Sequence record: SRR31156797_2545
DNA: 35,594 nucleotides
Strand: one strand, 5' to 3'
Below, piece after piece: positions 35,500 to 35,594 of this stretch; position 1 is the stretch's first letter; every line of letters starts with the position of its first letter. Below the pieces are notes generated by a model. It was not told the DNA's origin, did no database searches, and saw nothing but the letters and a program-made list of their open reading frames with translations. A program made the position numbers and the translations under genes.

Positions 35500-35594
35500 A
35501 TCTTCTGATCGTACCCGAAGCATTGTCATATAAGGTAGACGCCCTGGAAGTTTTATAGGGTTAATATTTCCACTATGAACAGATTCTAACTCTT
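35500..35594 (-). ncRNA. Probable 3' part of a structured ncRNA (6S RNA-like), truncated by the window edge
   Basis: Non-coding, GC-richer than other intergenic DNA here, and convergent on a terminator. The segment TTTATAGGGTTAATATTTCCACTATGAACAGATTCTAACTC resembles my recollection of the antisense of Campylobacterota 6S RNA; not verified. Confidence 0.45.

Overview
This is an AT-rich bacterial chromosome segment, most likely Campylobacterota (Arcobacter-like). I infer that from the four-subunit porCDAB cluster, GEMIGNIAHQWRQPL-type kinases and TATAAT-only promoters. The housekeeping backbone is mnmG, an mlaEFD-pqiC-type lipid transporter, porC-D-A-B, rplM-rpsI, bioF, cysK and a TRAP solute-binding protein. 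There are also two solute-binding-protein/histidine-kinase pairs and a probable partial 6S-like RNA at the right edge. The notable part is a ~13 kb envelope cluster at 4380-17560, between mnmG and the mla operon. Its 94-aa secreted protein has a mature part made only of two tandem ~38-aa Asn/Gly repeats, with both Fap-like (N-x3-G-x2-N) and CsgA-like (GFGNxA) features. The same two-repeat module is fused to the C-termini of two FecR-type proteins, and a partial copy appears in a fourth small protein. These genes sit with two CsgG/HfaB-like proteins, DUF799- and DUF4410-like proteins, a modular secreted protein and a MacAB-TolC exporter. I read this as a candidate non-canonical functional-amyloid or beta-solenoid fibre secretion system, distinct from curli (csg) and Fap. 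Family calls come from motif recognition by eye; no searches were run.
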